DNA of 64,000 nucleotides. It comes from Tetramitus jugosus (taxonomy: Eukaryota; Protista; Heterolobosea). A model generated the notes under the pieces. That model worked only from the letters and a program-made list of their open reading frames with translations, did no database searches and had not been told where the DNA came from. The stretch is from contig OW569362.1 of assembly GCA_937625935.1 (NCBI GenBank), forward strand, positions 186,001 to 250,000, given 5' to 3'. The position numbers and the translations under genes were made by a program. Shown here piece after piece: positions 1 to 11,352 of this stretch; within the stretch, counting starts at the first letter, position 1; every line of letters begins with the position of its first letter.

Positions 1-249
1 TCTTGAGTAAGTGACAGGTTGGAAGGATGAAACCCTAACTGAATCAGGCACTTCGTTTTCCAAGCGAGAACTGAAGATTGGAGGTATATTTTCTGAATAA
101 TGACGAGAGTTTTGTACGGCAATGCTTGTCGGTGCAAGGATAGGAATTTGTTTTTCAATGTCTCTTGCTGATGCTGTTTCCACTTTTCTCCTATAGACAC
201 GACCCGGTGTTGTTGAGGAGCTCACATAAGTGTTCTTGATTTGAAACAT
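1..249 (-). CDS. 5' part of an unknown protein running off the window edge (MFQIKNTYVSSSTTPGRVYRRK...)
   Basis: ATG at 249-247 and an open frame of 83 codons to the window edge; divergent from IQCH. Not in the ORF track because the stop lies outside the window. Confidence 0.55.
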   Translation of the reverse strand, partial: MFQIKNTYVSSSTTPGRVYRRKVETASARDIEKQIPILAPTSIAVQNSRHYSENIPPIFSSRLENEVPDSVRVSSFQPVTYSR

Positions 250-424
250 TATTAGATAATATATTTTGAAGACAATGATATAGCATCAGACCATAAAAGT
301 ATGCCTGATTTCTTTCTTAACGGTCAATTAAAACCGCCGAGTCTTCTACAATCAAAAAGACCTAGAAAACCATGAGGTCGCACAATCTCGATAAAATACC
401 GATACCAACTGCGCCGTTGTTGAT

Positions 425-3400
425 ATGTTGAAAGAGAATGGTCCTGGAAGTCAGAATACACAACTATCCAAAGAAAGGAGTCAGTTTCTCCCGACCATAA
501 AGAAAAAGAGAAACTATTGGATTAACAAAGAAGAGACCACGATGAATACTCAGCGAAGAATTTATCGAACTAATCAAGCTGACGAGATTAGTCAACACAA
601 TGGAATTCTTTCTCTAATCAACAAGCGTCAGATTTCCAAGTCTAGTGACTTAGTCGCCCATATGTTACATTCGGGATCTGCTATTATGCATGTAGAAAGA
701 ACAATTATCTATCCAGGGCTCAAACAATTTGAGAAACGACAGATTCATACAATAGCGGAGTATGGTGCTGATTATTCGAACTTGAAATTTGATCATGATA
801 ATCCCAACAGTTCTCATACCCACCGTAAAACCAAGAACCCAAAGTATGATCCACGACAAACACCAGTGAGTGTTGTTCCCTTCGGAGAACAGGTTCAAGC
901 AACTATCTATTCAAGAAAAGAAGAAACAGGTTTATCATTTCCGAATCTACAACCTCCACCAGAGAGCATTGCTGATGGTATCACCAGCTCAGAATCTTCT
1001 CCAAGGAGCACAGAGAAAGAAAATCCTTTTCCAAGAAGATATGGGGAGTTACTTGATGAATATTCCCTTCATGAAATAATTATTAGGAAAGGGACTACGT
1101 TGACTTCAACCCCAGAATATATGTCGTTTAAGAGAAAGTACAAGTACAATTGGAACTCAATATCTCTAATCATCAACTTGCTCCAGATACTAATGAATGA
1201 ATTGCATGTTCCCACGGCTTATGTTGATGGAAAAGCAGTTGCTCGTCTTGCCCAATGTCGTCAAGAAAGAATTTCAGTTGACCAGTTACTCGATTGCTTA
1301 ATCAACTATGATACTGTAAAGCCATTGGTGGATGTTTCTAAATACAGAGACTTGAAGGGTTCGAGAGCTTGGGCGAGTACAATAATTAGCAAATACTGGA
1401 GAATGCATTCAGCAAAGAAAATGTTAAAACAACTGAAACAGCTAAACAGTTTCGCTACAACAATTCAGAAATGGTGGAGAATCAAACTGGCCTATGCTTT
1501 CACTCGACGAACTACAGAGAGGGTGAGGATAGCAGAAGAGATTGGATGGAAGAACAAAATGTCTGAATTTGTGAAGAATTGGAATACTATTAAGCGCCAA
1601 GGATATGTCGCTTTGCATATTCCATCTCACTCGTTTGATGAAGATGTGAGGAAAGGAATTGTTAAACTTTCTCAGAAACAAAATTCTCAAATACTAAGGT
1701 TGTTGGATCTTGTATTCAATTCTCAAATACTGCGAATCATTTACATTTGCAGTGTTCCTTGTGATGACCAATTCCTTAAATATTTTTTTCATTTACTACT
1801 GCTACATTGTGCGACTTCTGAAGGAAACACTGAGAAAGAAACAAAGAGTAGGGAGCGAAGAATGATTCAATCCTTCAAAAAGAAGATTTCATTCATCCAT
1901 CCCAGCGAGTTCAATCGTCTTCCTCAGTACTACTCCCTCTGCCAAAAACTGTTCCTATCGGAACGAAGTCTGAGATTGCTCCGAACTCAAATTATGTTAG
2001 AAAAACAAAAACTCAAGCACTATCATGACCTGACCGAAACAACAGAGTGTAGTATCATAATGATCCCTGGAGTTAGAAGTAGTTACTGGGAGTTGAGACT
2101 TGCTCAACGACTGCAAATTCCTTTGATGGGCATATACGAACGCTCCTCACTCCACTACAACACAAAGTCTAGCTCTAGGAGATTGCTTGAGTTTTCAGAG
2201 GTTAATATCCCTCCAGGAGCTATTGATCTTTATAATCAACAAGAAATTCTAATCTACTTGAGCAAATTGATTGTTCAGTATCCCCAATACAATAGATGGC
2301 TCCTTAAAATTAATCATCAACATGAATCAAGAGGTCATGGATACATTGATGTTCATGAAGGTATTGAATGTCTTAGCGAGCAAGGACGGTCTAAGATATA
2401 TGAAAAATTAAGACGACACCGACAGGAAGGAGGCTTTCTGGAAGCACTCCAAGACAGCTTGTATTACGAACTTGAAACAACAATTGCGAGCAAATTCAAA
2501 ATCTGTAGAAATGACTATAAAAACTGGAAGGAGTTTACCATGGCAATATCCAAGGCTGGTTGTGTGATAGAGGCAGTTCCCGAGAATATTGTTGGTAACA
2601 CATCCGTAAATCTACTCATTGAGCCTAACGGTAAAGTTGTTATGCACTCGATACAAGAGAATATACTATTCCCCAATTATTGTGTCATAGGTTGCGCACA
2701 CATTGGAGGTTACGATGATACTATGCCAAAAATGTCTCCAAGTGAATGTGATCAAGATACTAACCTCGAAATTGAAGAAGGAGTGACCGACGATCAAACA
2801 GTATCGAAAAAGATTCTGGATAGAAACTTAAACAAGGTAATGAAGGGAACAAAAGGATTAGGAAATCCGGTGCCCTATGAAGTGCTACTCGAAGCATCTT
2901 CCAGTGTAGCCAACGTTTTGTACTCAAAGCACGTGATGGGATATGTAACGATTGATTACATTGCTTTTGCCACCGAGAATAACTCTCTCAAGCTATGGGG
3001 AGTTGATTTAGACCTTGGAATGTCTGATCGTGCCCTCTTTCACAGTGTTTATCGACATGTTGTCCGAGATCTACCAGTAGGACAGCGATTAACCAAATCA
3101 TACATCTATGGGAATTTAATGGGACACTCTGCTTTTTCTCAATGGATGCATGAGACCTTTTTTGCTTTGTGTAGACAAAAGGGCATAGGATTCGATCTGG
3201 ATGCTCTCAAGGGAACTCTCTTTCAATTGGTTGATGGCATGCTCCAAAGTTTTCTTGGAGTAATATGCATAGGTGACAGTGTGGTCGAAGCGATCACTGA
3301 ATACAAGAATGTTATCACATTCATTCACTCACTCGTTAAGGATGAAACAGATAGTCAATCAAACATTGATCATGCCTACCATTGTATTCATGAGATTGTT

Positions 3401-3442
3401 GGAAAACTGATTGACAAATCAACTGAGTCGTCTTATCAGTAA
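425..3442 (+). CDS. IQCH: IQ domain-containing protein H-like (cilia/flagella-associated)
   Basis: 1005-aa ORF. N-terminal LLDEYSLHEIIIRKG..TPEY.SFKR block, IQ-like motifs (ATTIQKWWR), then IPPGA.DLY, WLLKI...SRG.G, LWGVDLDLG and GFDL...KGTLF blocks typical of IQCH. The start may be ATG 542. Confidence 0.75.
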   Translation: MLKENGPGSQNTQLSKERSQFLPTIKKKRNYWINKEETTMNTQRRIYRTNQADEISQHNGILSLINKRQISKSSDLVAHMLHSGSAIMHVERTIIYPGLKQFEKRQIHTIAEYGADYSNLKFDHDNPNSSHTHRKTKNPKYDPRQTPVSVVPFGEQVQATIYSRKEETGLSFPNLQPPPESIADGITSSESSPRSTEKENPFPRRYGELLDEYSLHEIIIRKGTTLTSTPEYMSFKRKYKYNWNSISLIINLLQILMNELHVPTAYVDGKAVARLAQCRQERISVDQLLDCLINYDTVKPLVDVSKYRDLKGSRAWASTIISKYWRMHSAKKMLKQLKQLNSFATTIQKWWRIKLAYAFTRRTTERVRIAEEIGWKNKMSEFVKNWNTIKRQGYVALHIPSHSFDEDVRKGIVKLSQKQNSQILRLLDLVFNSQILRIIYICSVPCDDQFLKYFFHLLLLHCATSEGNTEKETKSRERRMIQSFKKKISFIHPSEFNRLPQYYSLCQKLFLSERSLRLLRTQIMLEKQKLKHYHDLTETTECSIIMIPGVRSSYWELRLAQRLQIPLMGIYERSSLHYNTKSSSRRLLEFSEVNIPPGAIDLYNQQEILIYLSKLIVQYPQYNRWLLKINHQHESRGHGYIDVHEGIECLSEQGRSKIYEKLRRHRQEGGFLEALQDSLYYELETTIASKFKICRNDYKNWKEFTMAISKAGCVIEAVPENIVGNTSVNLLIEPNGKVVMHSIQENILFPNYCVIGCAHIGGYDDTMPKMSPSECDQDTNLEIEEGVTDDQTVSKKILDRNLNKVMKGTKGLGNPVPYEVLLEASSSVANVLYSKHVMGYVTIDYIAFATENNSLKLWGVDLDLGMSDRALFHSVYRHVVRDLPVGQRLTKSYIYGNLMGHSAFSQWMHETFFALCRQKGIGFDLDALKGTLFQLVDGMLQSFLGVICIGDSVVEAITEYKNVITFIHSLVKDETDSQSNIDHAYHCIHEIVGKLIDKSTESSYQ

Positions 3443-3467
3443 AAAATATCGCGAACATAGAAGCTTG

Positions 3468-5246
3468 TCACTTTACTCTCTGATTGAGAAGACAATACTG
3501 GTTCACTCGCAACCGAATGTGCTCCCGATGGAGGTAATCTCTGATGAGAGATTTCAGTTTTTCAACATCTGCTCTGTGGTTGATCGAATAGCGAACTCGT
3601 TCATTAAGATAGAAAGAATTGCCTTTCTGTTGGACGTGTTGCAAACGAGCAACAGTTTGTAATCGAGTACCACATAAAGTCTCATCTCTCTCATTTCTCA
3701 GCAATAACTCTGTGTTCAAGTCTGTGAGCTCTCTGTGATATTGGAGCACTCTCAATCCCAATATTCGATTGTAAAGAGAGTACATGTTGTGATGCTTTGA
3801 TGACAAGCATTGGAGCACCTTGATCGAGACACCATATTTGAAAATGAACCAAGGAACAATGACACCTCGAATCGACTCTTCAGTATAATTCATCCACGGT
3901 ATGAAATAGGTGCGAGACAAGTAACCAATGCACTCGATACTAATGGGCACACTGATCGGACCAAAGTATAGATCTCGGGGATACACGTTTTTGATTCGAC
4001 GTTTCTTTCTTGCTCGCTTGTTAATAAAGTGTACCATGTCGCTCAATGATGATGATGATGATGATGGTAAATTGTTGTTCTCTTGTTCTTGATCATAATG
4101 ACTCATACTCGTTTTCTCCTTATGCTTCTTCTTCTTGACACGACAACACAACAAATAGTAATCAATGCATCGCAAGTAATGAAAATAGAGAGATTTGAAT
4201 TGAGATGAACAATTCAACATAAAGTTGTGATTGTTCCTAGCGCTTGGATAATCAATCTGCATATTGTGCTTGCTGTTCTTGTTGTTGTTGTTGCTGCTGC
4301 TGCTGTCTGAATTCAGATTGTACAACACTTGTTGCAACACACTCTGATGAGTCAACACAATGGTCTCCTTTTCTCCCATCAATTCATTGTACATGTCCAA
4401 CTGTTGATCTTGGTTCCATTGATCAATCAATCGATAATTGGTGAAACAAGTTTCATTTCCCCACCACTTGTCACTCATTTGACTCTCTTGATCACCACCA
4501 CCACTACCACCACTACCACCACTATACATGTTTTGCAATTTTTGATTGAGTTGAATAGCTTTTTGTTGTTCAACATCATGTAAATATGATGATGATTCAT
4601 CACCATCACCATCACCATCATTGTGAGTAGTAGATGACAAGAGAGAGAACAGTGGTTGAATATCCTTGTGCAAGTCCAAGTGAAACTCTCGCATCATGCC
4701 TCTCGATCTCATAATGTTCACACTGAGGTTCGCTCTTTGAAAATAATCATCCATCGATTCCATGTGTAAATTCTCATTTGGATTCACAATGAATGTATTG
4801 TATTTGGGAATGTATGGTTGTTCATGTTGTTGTTGTTGGTTCATCATATCATCATCATTCTCATCATTCTTCATTGGTCTTGTTGTATTGTTCAGGAATT
4901 GGATCATGAGATGAATCAACTGTTGTTGTTGCTGCACATCATCATTGTCATCATCATTTGATGAATCAACAACATCATAGTGCTTCAATAGATGATGATA
5001 GTAGGAGAGAAATGGGAATGAATCTAGTTTACTTGGATCACTATCATCATCATTGGCATCATCAATATCACACATGACACACAATCGATGATAAATGTTC
5101 GTGTCTTCATGATTGTTGTTGTTGTTTGCAGTGATCAATTGATGAAAGAGAAATGGAGGGAAGCACTGTTCAAGATTTTTCAAGTGAGATTCATGGGAGT
5201 TGTTGTTGCTGTTGTTGTTCAAGGTATGATTGTTGTGATTGATCAT
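3468..5246 (-). CDS. Hypothetical protein, N/D/Q/S-rich with an ordered C-terminal region
   Basis: 592-aa ORF with homopolymer tracts and a non-repetitive C-terminal ~170 aa; no family recognised. Confidence 0.6.
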   Translation of the reverse strand: MINHNNHTLNNNSNNNSHESHLKNLEQCFPPFLFHQLITANNNNNHEDTNIYHRLCVMCDIDDANDDDSDPSKLDSFPFLSYYHHLLKHYDVVDSSNDDDNDDVQQQQQLIHLMIQFLNNTTRPMKNDENDDDMMNQQQQHEQPYIPKYNTFIVNPNENLHMESMDDYFQRANLSVNIMRSRGMMREFHLDLHKDIQPLFSLLSSTTHNDGDGDGDESSSYLHDVEQQKAIQLNQKLQNMYSGGSGGSGGGDQESQMSDKWWGNETCFTNYRLIDQWNQDQQLDMYNELMGEKETIVLTHQSVLQQVLYNLNSDSSSSNNNNKNSKHNMQIDYPSARNNHNFMLNCSSQFKSLYFHYLRCIDYYLLCCRVKKKKHKEKTSMSHYDQEQENNNLPSSSSSSLSDMVHFINKRARKKRRIKNVYPRDLYFGPISVPISIECIGYLSRTYFIPWMNYTEESIRGVIVPWFIFKYGVSIKVLQCLSSKHHNMYSLYNRILGLRVLQYHRELTDLNTELLLRNERDETLCGTRLQTVARLQHVQQKGNSFYLNERVRYSINHRADVEKLKSLIRDYLHREHIRLRVNQYCLLNQRVK

Positions 5247-5322
5247 TTCGCAGCATTTTGGTTGGCATCAAGATGTTTGATAAGTAGGTAATTTTTATTT
5301 GTATGTGTTGTGTGGATTGGAT

Positions 5323-7575
5323 TCAGCTTCGGAATGAAATACTGTCATCACTGTCGCTGTCAAACTCACATTCACCCAATCCATTGGTACTCATGTGTTG
5401 AGTAGGTGACTGTGGTGTTTCAATAGAAGATGCACTAGCCAATTGTTGTTGCCTCTCTTGCTTTCTCTTCTGAGCTTGCCTCAGTTCGTCCTTGGATATG
5501 ACTACACCGTACTTTTCAGGCTCGCTGTTTGCTAATTGTACATACTGGGTGTATCGGTTCATTCCGTGGGTCAAATAAGCATGGAAGGTATCAATGCTTG
5601 TGTTGGTTACTGACAAGAATGGATTCAACACGGCACTATTGTCTGCTTCATCACTACTGGTAGAGTTCTCTGAGATGTACACTGAGCAAGGTACCTTCTT
5701 AAAATTATATGTAATATACAGTGAATGATAGGGATCTTCAATGAGCTCCACCTGAGAAATGTGATCAAATGGAATCTCTCTCTCGACATAGAGATTGTCC
5801 ATTTCTGTTCGTTGTGGATTCTCATCGTCAGTGTCTACGGCATAGACGTTGAGGAACACTAGAGACTCACCAACCAATCGAACATATCTCAATTCGTATT
5901 GACAATCATTTGCCAACGATTCATTGTTGTAATGATAGACAGCTCTTGGTAGATGACCACGAATCTTCTTGATCGAGGACGCTGATGATTTGCTCTGTGA
6001 TGATAATGAGGAATGACTGCTGCTGTTTTTGTTCTTGTGGCTTTTGTTGTTTGGATCGAGAGACAACTCTTCGTAGCCCTTCAATTCTGTATCATAGGGT
6101 GAATTGTGTCGGAAGAGGCGAGAGTAGTGGAGAATCAAGAAGGATGCCACCTTACAAATCAATGGAGTGTCCTGCAGTGTGGCATTCGTGTCTTCTGTTT
6201 GATCAGGCAACAGAGGAGGAACCATGATATTTGGTCCAATCACAATACTCAGCGTTTCATGAGTCATCTTTGTCTCCTGCTTGTACTTGATCATCAGATT
6301 ACACAGTGCCATCAAATGCTCCAACACTGCATAATGCTCCAGAGGTATGGTGTTGATGAGACGTCTCACGGCACTGATTCTGCCACGAACACGAGCGCGA
6401 CGACCACTGCGACGAGCACCGACTGATGCAACCTCTGGCTGATCCGTGGTATCCACGTTGACCGATGTCAAAAAGCTGTCGTTTCCACTGATGCTGGCCA
6501 TGGAAGATGACACAATTTGATTCAACTTGCTCTGTAGTTGACTCTGTCTCTTGTTACTTGACCTGTTATTACTGCTGCCTTCATCTGTTTCATCATTTTC
6601 ATCCTCAACAGAATCGCCACCACCATCAAAATCATCATCATACTCGTAGTCCTCTGCTTCTTCCTCGTCATCCTCCTCGTCACCAATCGAAACAATCTTC
6701 TTCAACGGTTCATACAATCGATAGGTCAACAATGGCTCTGGCAACTCTCTCAGGTACATTTTGACGAGACCAGTGATCGCATTGGGATCAACATCCGGCT
6801 TCACTGGCAAAAACATGTTGGTATCGACTCGTTTCTTGAACGCTTCCACAATTCTCAGTGCACCACTCACTCTGAAAATACCAGTCGTGTCCATACCCGT
6901 CTTACTAATGAAACTGAAGCACAGTTTTAGAAAACGTGGCAATGGTTGATTGTACACATCATAGTCACAATACAGTGGATTTCGACTGGTGAGAACGAGA
7001 TAGTTGCCGAATATGGGACTCAGCTTCTCATGAGGGATCTCTGGTTTGAGATGCAGAACCATGACAGGTCGATAGAAGGGAGCATAGATGGATGAATTGA
7101 GTTGATCTTCCATTTTCACAGGCACCATATCACCACCACCACCACCACCACCACCACTATTGCTGCTCGCATGACTAATACTACTACCGCTGTTATTACC
7201 ACTTGTATTACTACTGTTGTTACTATTGCTACTGTTGTTGTTGTTGTTGTTATTATTATTAGATGAACTACTGCTGCTATTGCTACTGCTATTCGATGGA
7301 TTGTGAGCATTCTTGAGATTGAGAGAATAGGATTTGTCAATGGGTTGTTTCATGAGCAAGTTGAGTCCTCGTTTCCTGACGAGCATGGCAAACATTTGTT
7401 CAAATGTGAGACTGGCATCCAATCCGTCCATCAAACAATGATCCATGCCTGAACTGTTGAAATAGACGTCGATGGAGACTCTGGGACGATGAACAGCATT
7501 GACTGATTTCTTTCTGGGCCTTGGATGCTGACCACTACTGCTACCCGTGTTGTTGTTGTTTGTGGAGAGTGCCAT
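5323..7575 (-). CDS. RhoGAP domain protein (GAP domain split by an acidic insert; possible C-terminal PH-like domain)
   Basis: GIFRVSG arginine finger, LVKMYLRELPEPLL and KMTHETLSIVIGPNI motifs. Confidence 0.85.
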   Translation of the reverse strand: MALSTNNNNTGSSSGQHPRPRKKSVNAVHRPRVSIDVYFNSSGMDHCLMDGLDASLTFEQMFAMLVRKRGLNLLMKQPIDKSYSLNLKNAHNPSNSSSNSSSSSSNNNNNNNNNSSNSNNSSNTSGNNSGSSISHASSNSGGGGGGGGDMVPVKMEDQLNSSIYAPFYRPVMVLHLKPEIPHEKLSPIFGNYLVLTSRNPLYCDYDVYNQPLPRFLKLCFSFISKTGMDTTGIFRVSGALRIVEAFKKRVDTNMFLPVKPDVDPNAITGLVKMYLRELPEPLLTYRLYEPLKKIVSIGDEEDDEEEAEDYEYDDDFDGGGDSVEDENDETDEGSSNNRSSNKRQSQLQSKLNQIVSSSMASISGNDSFLTSVNVDTTDQPEVASVGARRSGRRARVRGRISAVRRLINTIPLEHYAVLEHLMALCNLMIKYKQETKMTHETLSIVIGPNIMVPPLLPDQTEDTNATLQDTPLICKVASFLILHYSRLFRHNSPYDTELKGYEELSLDPNNKSHKNKNSSSHSSLSSQSKSSASSIKKIRGHLPRAVYHYNNESLANDCQYELRYVRLVGESLVFLNVYAVDTDDENPQRTEMDNLYVEREIPFDHISQVELIEDPYHSLYITYNFKKVPCSVYISENSTSSDEADNSAVLNPFLSVTNTSIDTFHAYLTHGMNRYTQYVQLANSEPEKYGVVISKDELRQAQKRKQERQQQLASASSIETPQSPTQHMSTNGLGECEFDSDSDDSISFRS

Positions 7576-7858
7576 TTACAAAATGTTGGTTATTATGATG
7601 ATTATTATGATTGCGTACGACGATGATTGTCGTTGTTGCTCTATGGTTGGTTGTTGTAGAGATGATTCTCTTTTTTATTTTTCCCTCCGGTGTGCGGGAA
7701 TCATTGTTTTTTGTCAACAACATTTTTCAAAGTTTGACGTGTGACGTGATGGTCGGATCTTTTTCAAAGTTAACAGCAGGCTTTTGAAATGATGAATGTG
7801 ATGATTTATTGGATTAACGACAAGCGTTTCAGCTTAATGAAACGAAGAGATAGTTACT

Positions 7859-10800
7859 TCACGTTCGAGCAGTCATTGGAAGTTTGATGGGTTTCGATTC
7901 GCCACCGCCTAACTTTAGAGTTTTTGTAGTCTTGTTGCTGGTTAGTGGCTTCGTTGTATTCGTCTGAGCAGCAGGAGCATTCTCCTTATTTCTCAAATTG
8001 GCTTGCCAGGCACTAAAGTCAAAACTCTGACTAACGGGAGGTGATGTCTTGGGTCGAAGATTCAGTGTGTGAGAAACGCGACTCTGAGCAGAGGCAGTTG
8101 ATTGCATGTAGCTCGGTAGACCATTGCTATTGCTGGATTGGGATCGAGGTGTTGTTGCACCACTGCTTGGCTGCAGTGGATTCGTTCCATCCAGTGGCAG
8201 CGTAAATTTTACCTTCTTGGAGTTACCGTTCAAAGAGCTCGTCTTTTTTGGGTCATCGCCCTTCCGTGTTGACTTTTCACCCCATGCTTCTGTCGGCAGT
8301 TTCTTCAGTACCAGTGTGTGCTTTTGCTTGACCTTTTCCTTTGTTCTCGTTCGGGCCGAGTTATTCATTTGGACAAAGTCTTCGAATTGTTGGAACTTTT
8401 GCCTCAGCGAGTCTGTTGTGGCCGAAGAACGTGGAACTGAACCTTCAAAGGATGTAGAATGAGGAGAATGAACAACATGAGGTTCTCGAGGTGATGTCTG
8501 AAGTGATCTTGCGGTTGCGTTTTCACTTTCGTCTTCAGATATATCCATTCGACTGCCTTCGTGATCCTTATCGAGATCGTCTAAAGACATCATCGGAATC
8601 ACTGGCACATGCCTCGTCTTTTGTGGTGTATTAGCACCTGGTGGTGTATTCGAGCTATGAATTCTAATCTTCTTTGGTTTTTGCATTGGGGATGTGTGCA
8701 TCGGAGAGTTGGACAACGAGGAGTTTGGAGCAGAGTGATGGTCAGGTGATGATGGTTCTCCAAAACGAAGTTTCCGCTTGCGAGCTCCTGGGACGCTAAT
8801 ATTGGTCGGTGTTTTCAGAGCGTCATGCATGAGAGCATTGTTTAACTTTGAAATGGGCGACTCTCCTTCTCCTTCATCCTCAGGGACACTATCATTCATA
8901 TTTTCTGCAACAAATGTACAATGCATCAGAGCAGTGTTGTATTCCATTTCAACATCTGGGGTTATCAAATCGGATTCTCTCAATCTTTCAAAGAGCATGA
9001 TAAGTGTACCTTGGATCTTGTTTGTTGAGTGCTGAGCATCCTCAACAACAAGCTTCAATCGTTGTTCTCGAGCTCTATGATGTTGGGACATTCGCTCTAG
9101 ATCCAAATTCATAACTTCGAGATCATGAATACGCGTTTGAAGACTGATCATTTGTCTGAGATCTTCATTCTGAAGGGCAACCAGTGCTTTCTCTTGCATT
9201 GTCTTTGATTGACTGATATTGGCATGGAGGTTATCTCTTATTCTCTCCTTTTGCATCACATACTGTTCAGTACACTGCAGCAGAGCTTCTGCGTCAGTAT
9301 GTAAAGTGTGAATCCGAAGGGGCATTTCGTCATATGGAGTATCAGAGTGTTCTCGCTCCCACCTTCGAATTTCATTTCGAATAAAGAGAACCTTAAGGGC
9401 ATTTTGACGGTCATTTTCTTCAATTTCCATCAGTAACTTTCTGTCACTGATTTGTTCTTGATATGATCGTGCTAATGTTGCCCTAATATTGTACATCAGA
9501 GTTCGTTCTCTTTCGAAATCGGCCATTTGACTTGAATCACGTTGATCAACCTCAGCTGCTTTGATTGCAAGCTTCCTCTTCAGTTCGCTGACTTCTGCAC
9601 GAAGCTCGTCAATAATCTTCGTGTATTTGGTGATGTGGAAGTTGACGTTGTGAACATTCTTCACAACAGATGTCTTGATATTTTTGGATCGGTTGGCATA
9701 TTTCAGAGTATTAAATGTATCGTCGTAGCAACAGCTATTAGGACTTACATTTGCAATCATTACTGTTCTACAGTTTCCTCCCAAAGAATCCTTGAGTAGT
9801 CTTGTTAACTTACTGTTTCTATAAGGAACATAACCTTTGCCCTTATTCTTGCCAAGAGCGTTGATGCAATTAGCCAAAGCGAGCAGCGATTTGTTAATGT
9901 TAGCACCTTCAACGAGTCTAGCACCTCGGTTCTTAGTTACAGATGCCCTTTCTGATCCTGCCAGATCGATCAAGGATAATTTACCAACCTTGACGTCTGT
10001 TTGAATGTTTGCTGTTCGATCACGTTGTTCAATCAAGATTTGGAAGACGGCGTGAGATCTGGAAGAAGTTAAATTGGCAGCAGTGCCAAATTGTGTTCTG
10101 TTAGCAGTACCCTTTGTCACGAGTTCCAATACCTCGTCTGCATTCGCAGGACAATGTTCTGATAAGCCAGACACAGAAACACCCTTGATCTTGTCCTCTC
10201 TGAGTTCCAATACTTGAGGCTTTGAAGATGGATCAGCCAATAGATCCCGCAATGTTTCATTGTACACTTCAAGGAATGAAACAACAACCTTGTACTGCTT
10301 TTCAGCACTTGTTCTTTCCATTGTGTTGAACAAATCAATCATTGTCAAGGCTAGTACACCTGGTCCATTGTCGTTTCCCATCATTGTAAAAGTTTTTCCT
10401 GCACCTGTAGCACCATAGGCAAACACTGTTGCATTATATCCGTCCATGACACCATCAATCAAACCCTTTGCCGTTTCATTGTACACTTCCATTTGAGTGC
10501 TATTTTCATCGAAAACTCTGTCAAATGCAAAACGGAGATCCTTTCCCCGTCTTACTCCTAGTGCTCTTCTCTTGTGTGGACTAGACATGTCCATATTGTC
10601 TGATGGATCAAAAACGAGCATATTGTTGTCCATGACTCGTACGATGGGTCCTCTACGACCCTCTAGTCCCTTTTCACGAGCAGATTCAGGCCTCAGTCTA
10701 TGCATTTTTGATGTTATAATAAAGAATACGAGCGTTTTTAGCTTCACATTTCTTACTTGAAAAAATGAAATTCATATTTCTTAAGTTCATACCTCACGGA

Positions 10801-10980
10801 GACTAATATATTGTTATTGGATTGATTAGAGAGAATATTGGACATGGCTATATCGGTATCTGCCAGTATCGAGCTATTCGAGCTCGAAGATATTTTCGAT
10901 TTTAAGACTTGTTGTGCTGACGATGGTTTGTTTGAGAGCAGATTCGAGTGACTGCTTGTTCGTGAATTTAATCTATTCAT
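7859..10980 (-). CDS. Kinesin-8 family motor (KIF18/KIF19/Kip3-like), 2 exons; intron 10698-10792
   Basis: P-loop GATGAGKT, SSRSHA, LIDLAGSER, EGANINKSLLAL, VPYRNSKLTRLLKDSLGGNC, NTLKYANR. Splicing the GTATGA...CATAG intron restores ILVSVRLRP. Confidence 0.92.
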
Positions 10981-11250
10981 CATGGTGTGGTACGAATGTT
11001 GTTGTTGTTGTTGCTGATTTCGTTTGTTCTCTCTGTATTCAATGTGTCACAAGTAGTTTGAGCGGTTTGTAAGTTTGTTGTAGCTCAAGTTAATTATTCA
11101 TAAATATAATAGAAAATAGAGGATGCGTTCAACGTTGTCGTTCGATGACTCTAAGGTTTTCTTTTTTCCACGGGTCTTTTCTGTCGTTTGTTTTTGTTTT
11201 TTCGTTAAACGCCAGAAGTAAGGGACAATTAGTTTTGGCTCCAACGATTG

Positions 11251-11270
11251 TCAACGGTTTTTGGCGCGAA
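11251..11270. promoter_or_regulatory. Adjacent MSA/Myb-like (TCAACGGTT) and E2F-like (TTTGGCGCG) motifs in the kinesin-8 / ADPRH divergent promoter
   Basis: The sequence tcaacggtttttggcgcgaa matches both consensus sites and lies upstream of a mitotic kinesin. Confidence 0.35.
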
Positions 11271-11352
11271 TATTACGCCGCTTTTGTTATCCCGACCGAA
11301 CATTTCTGATTAGTTCGTTCCAAGAAAACAAAGCAAAACAACCAATACCACC

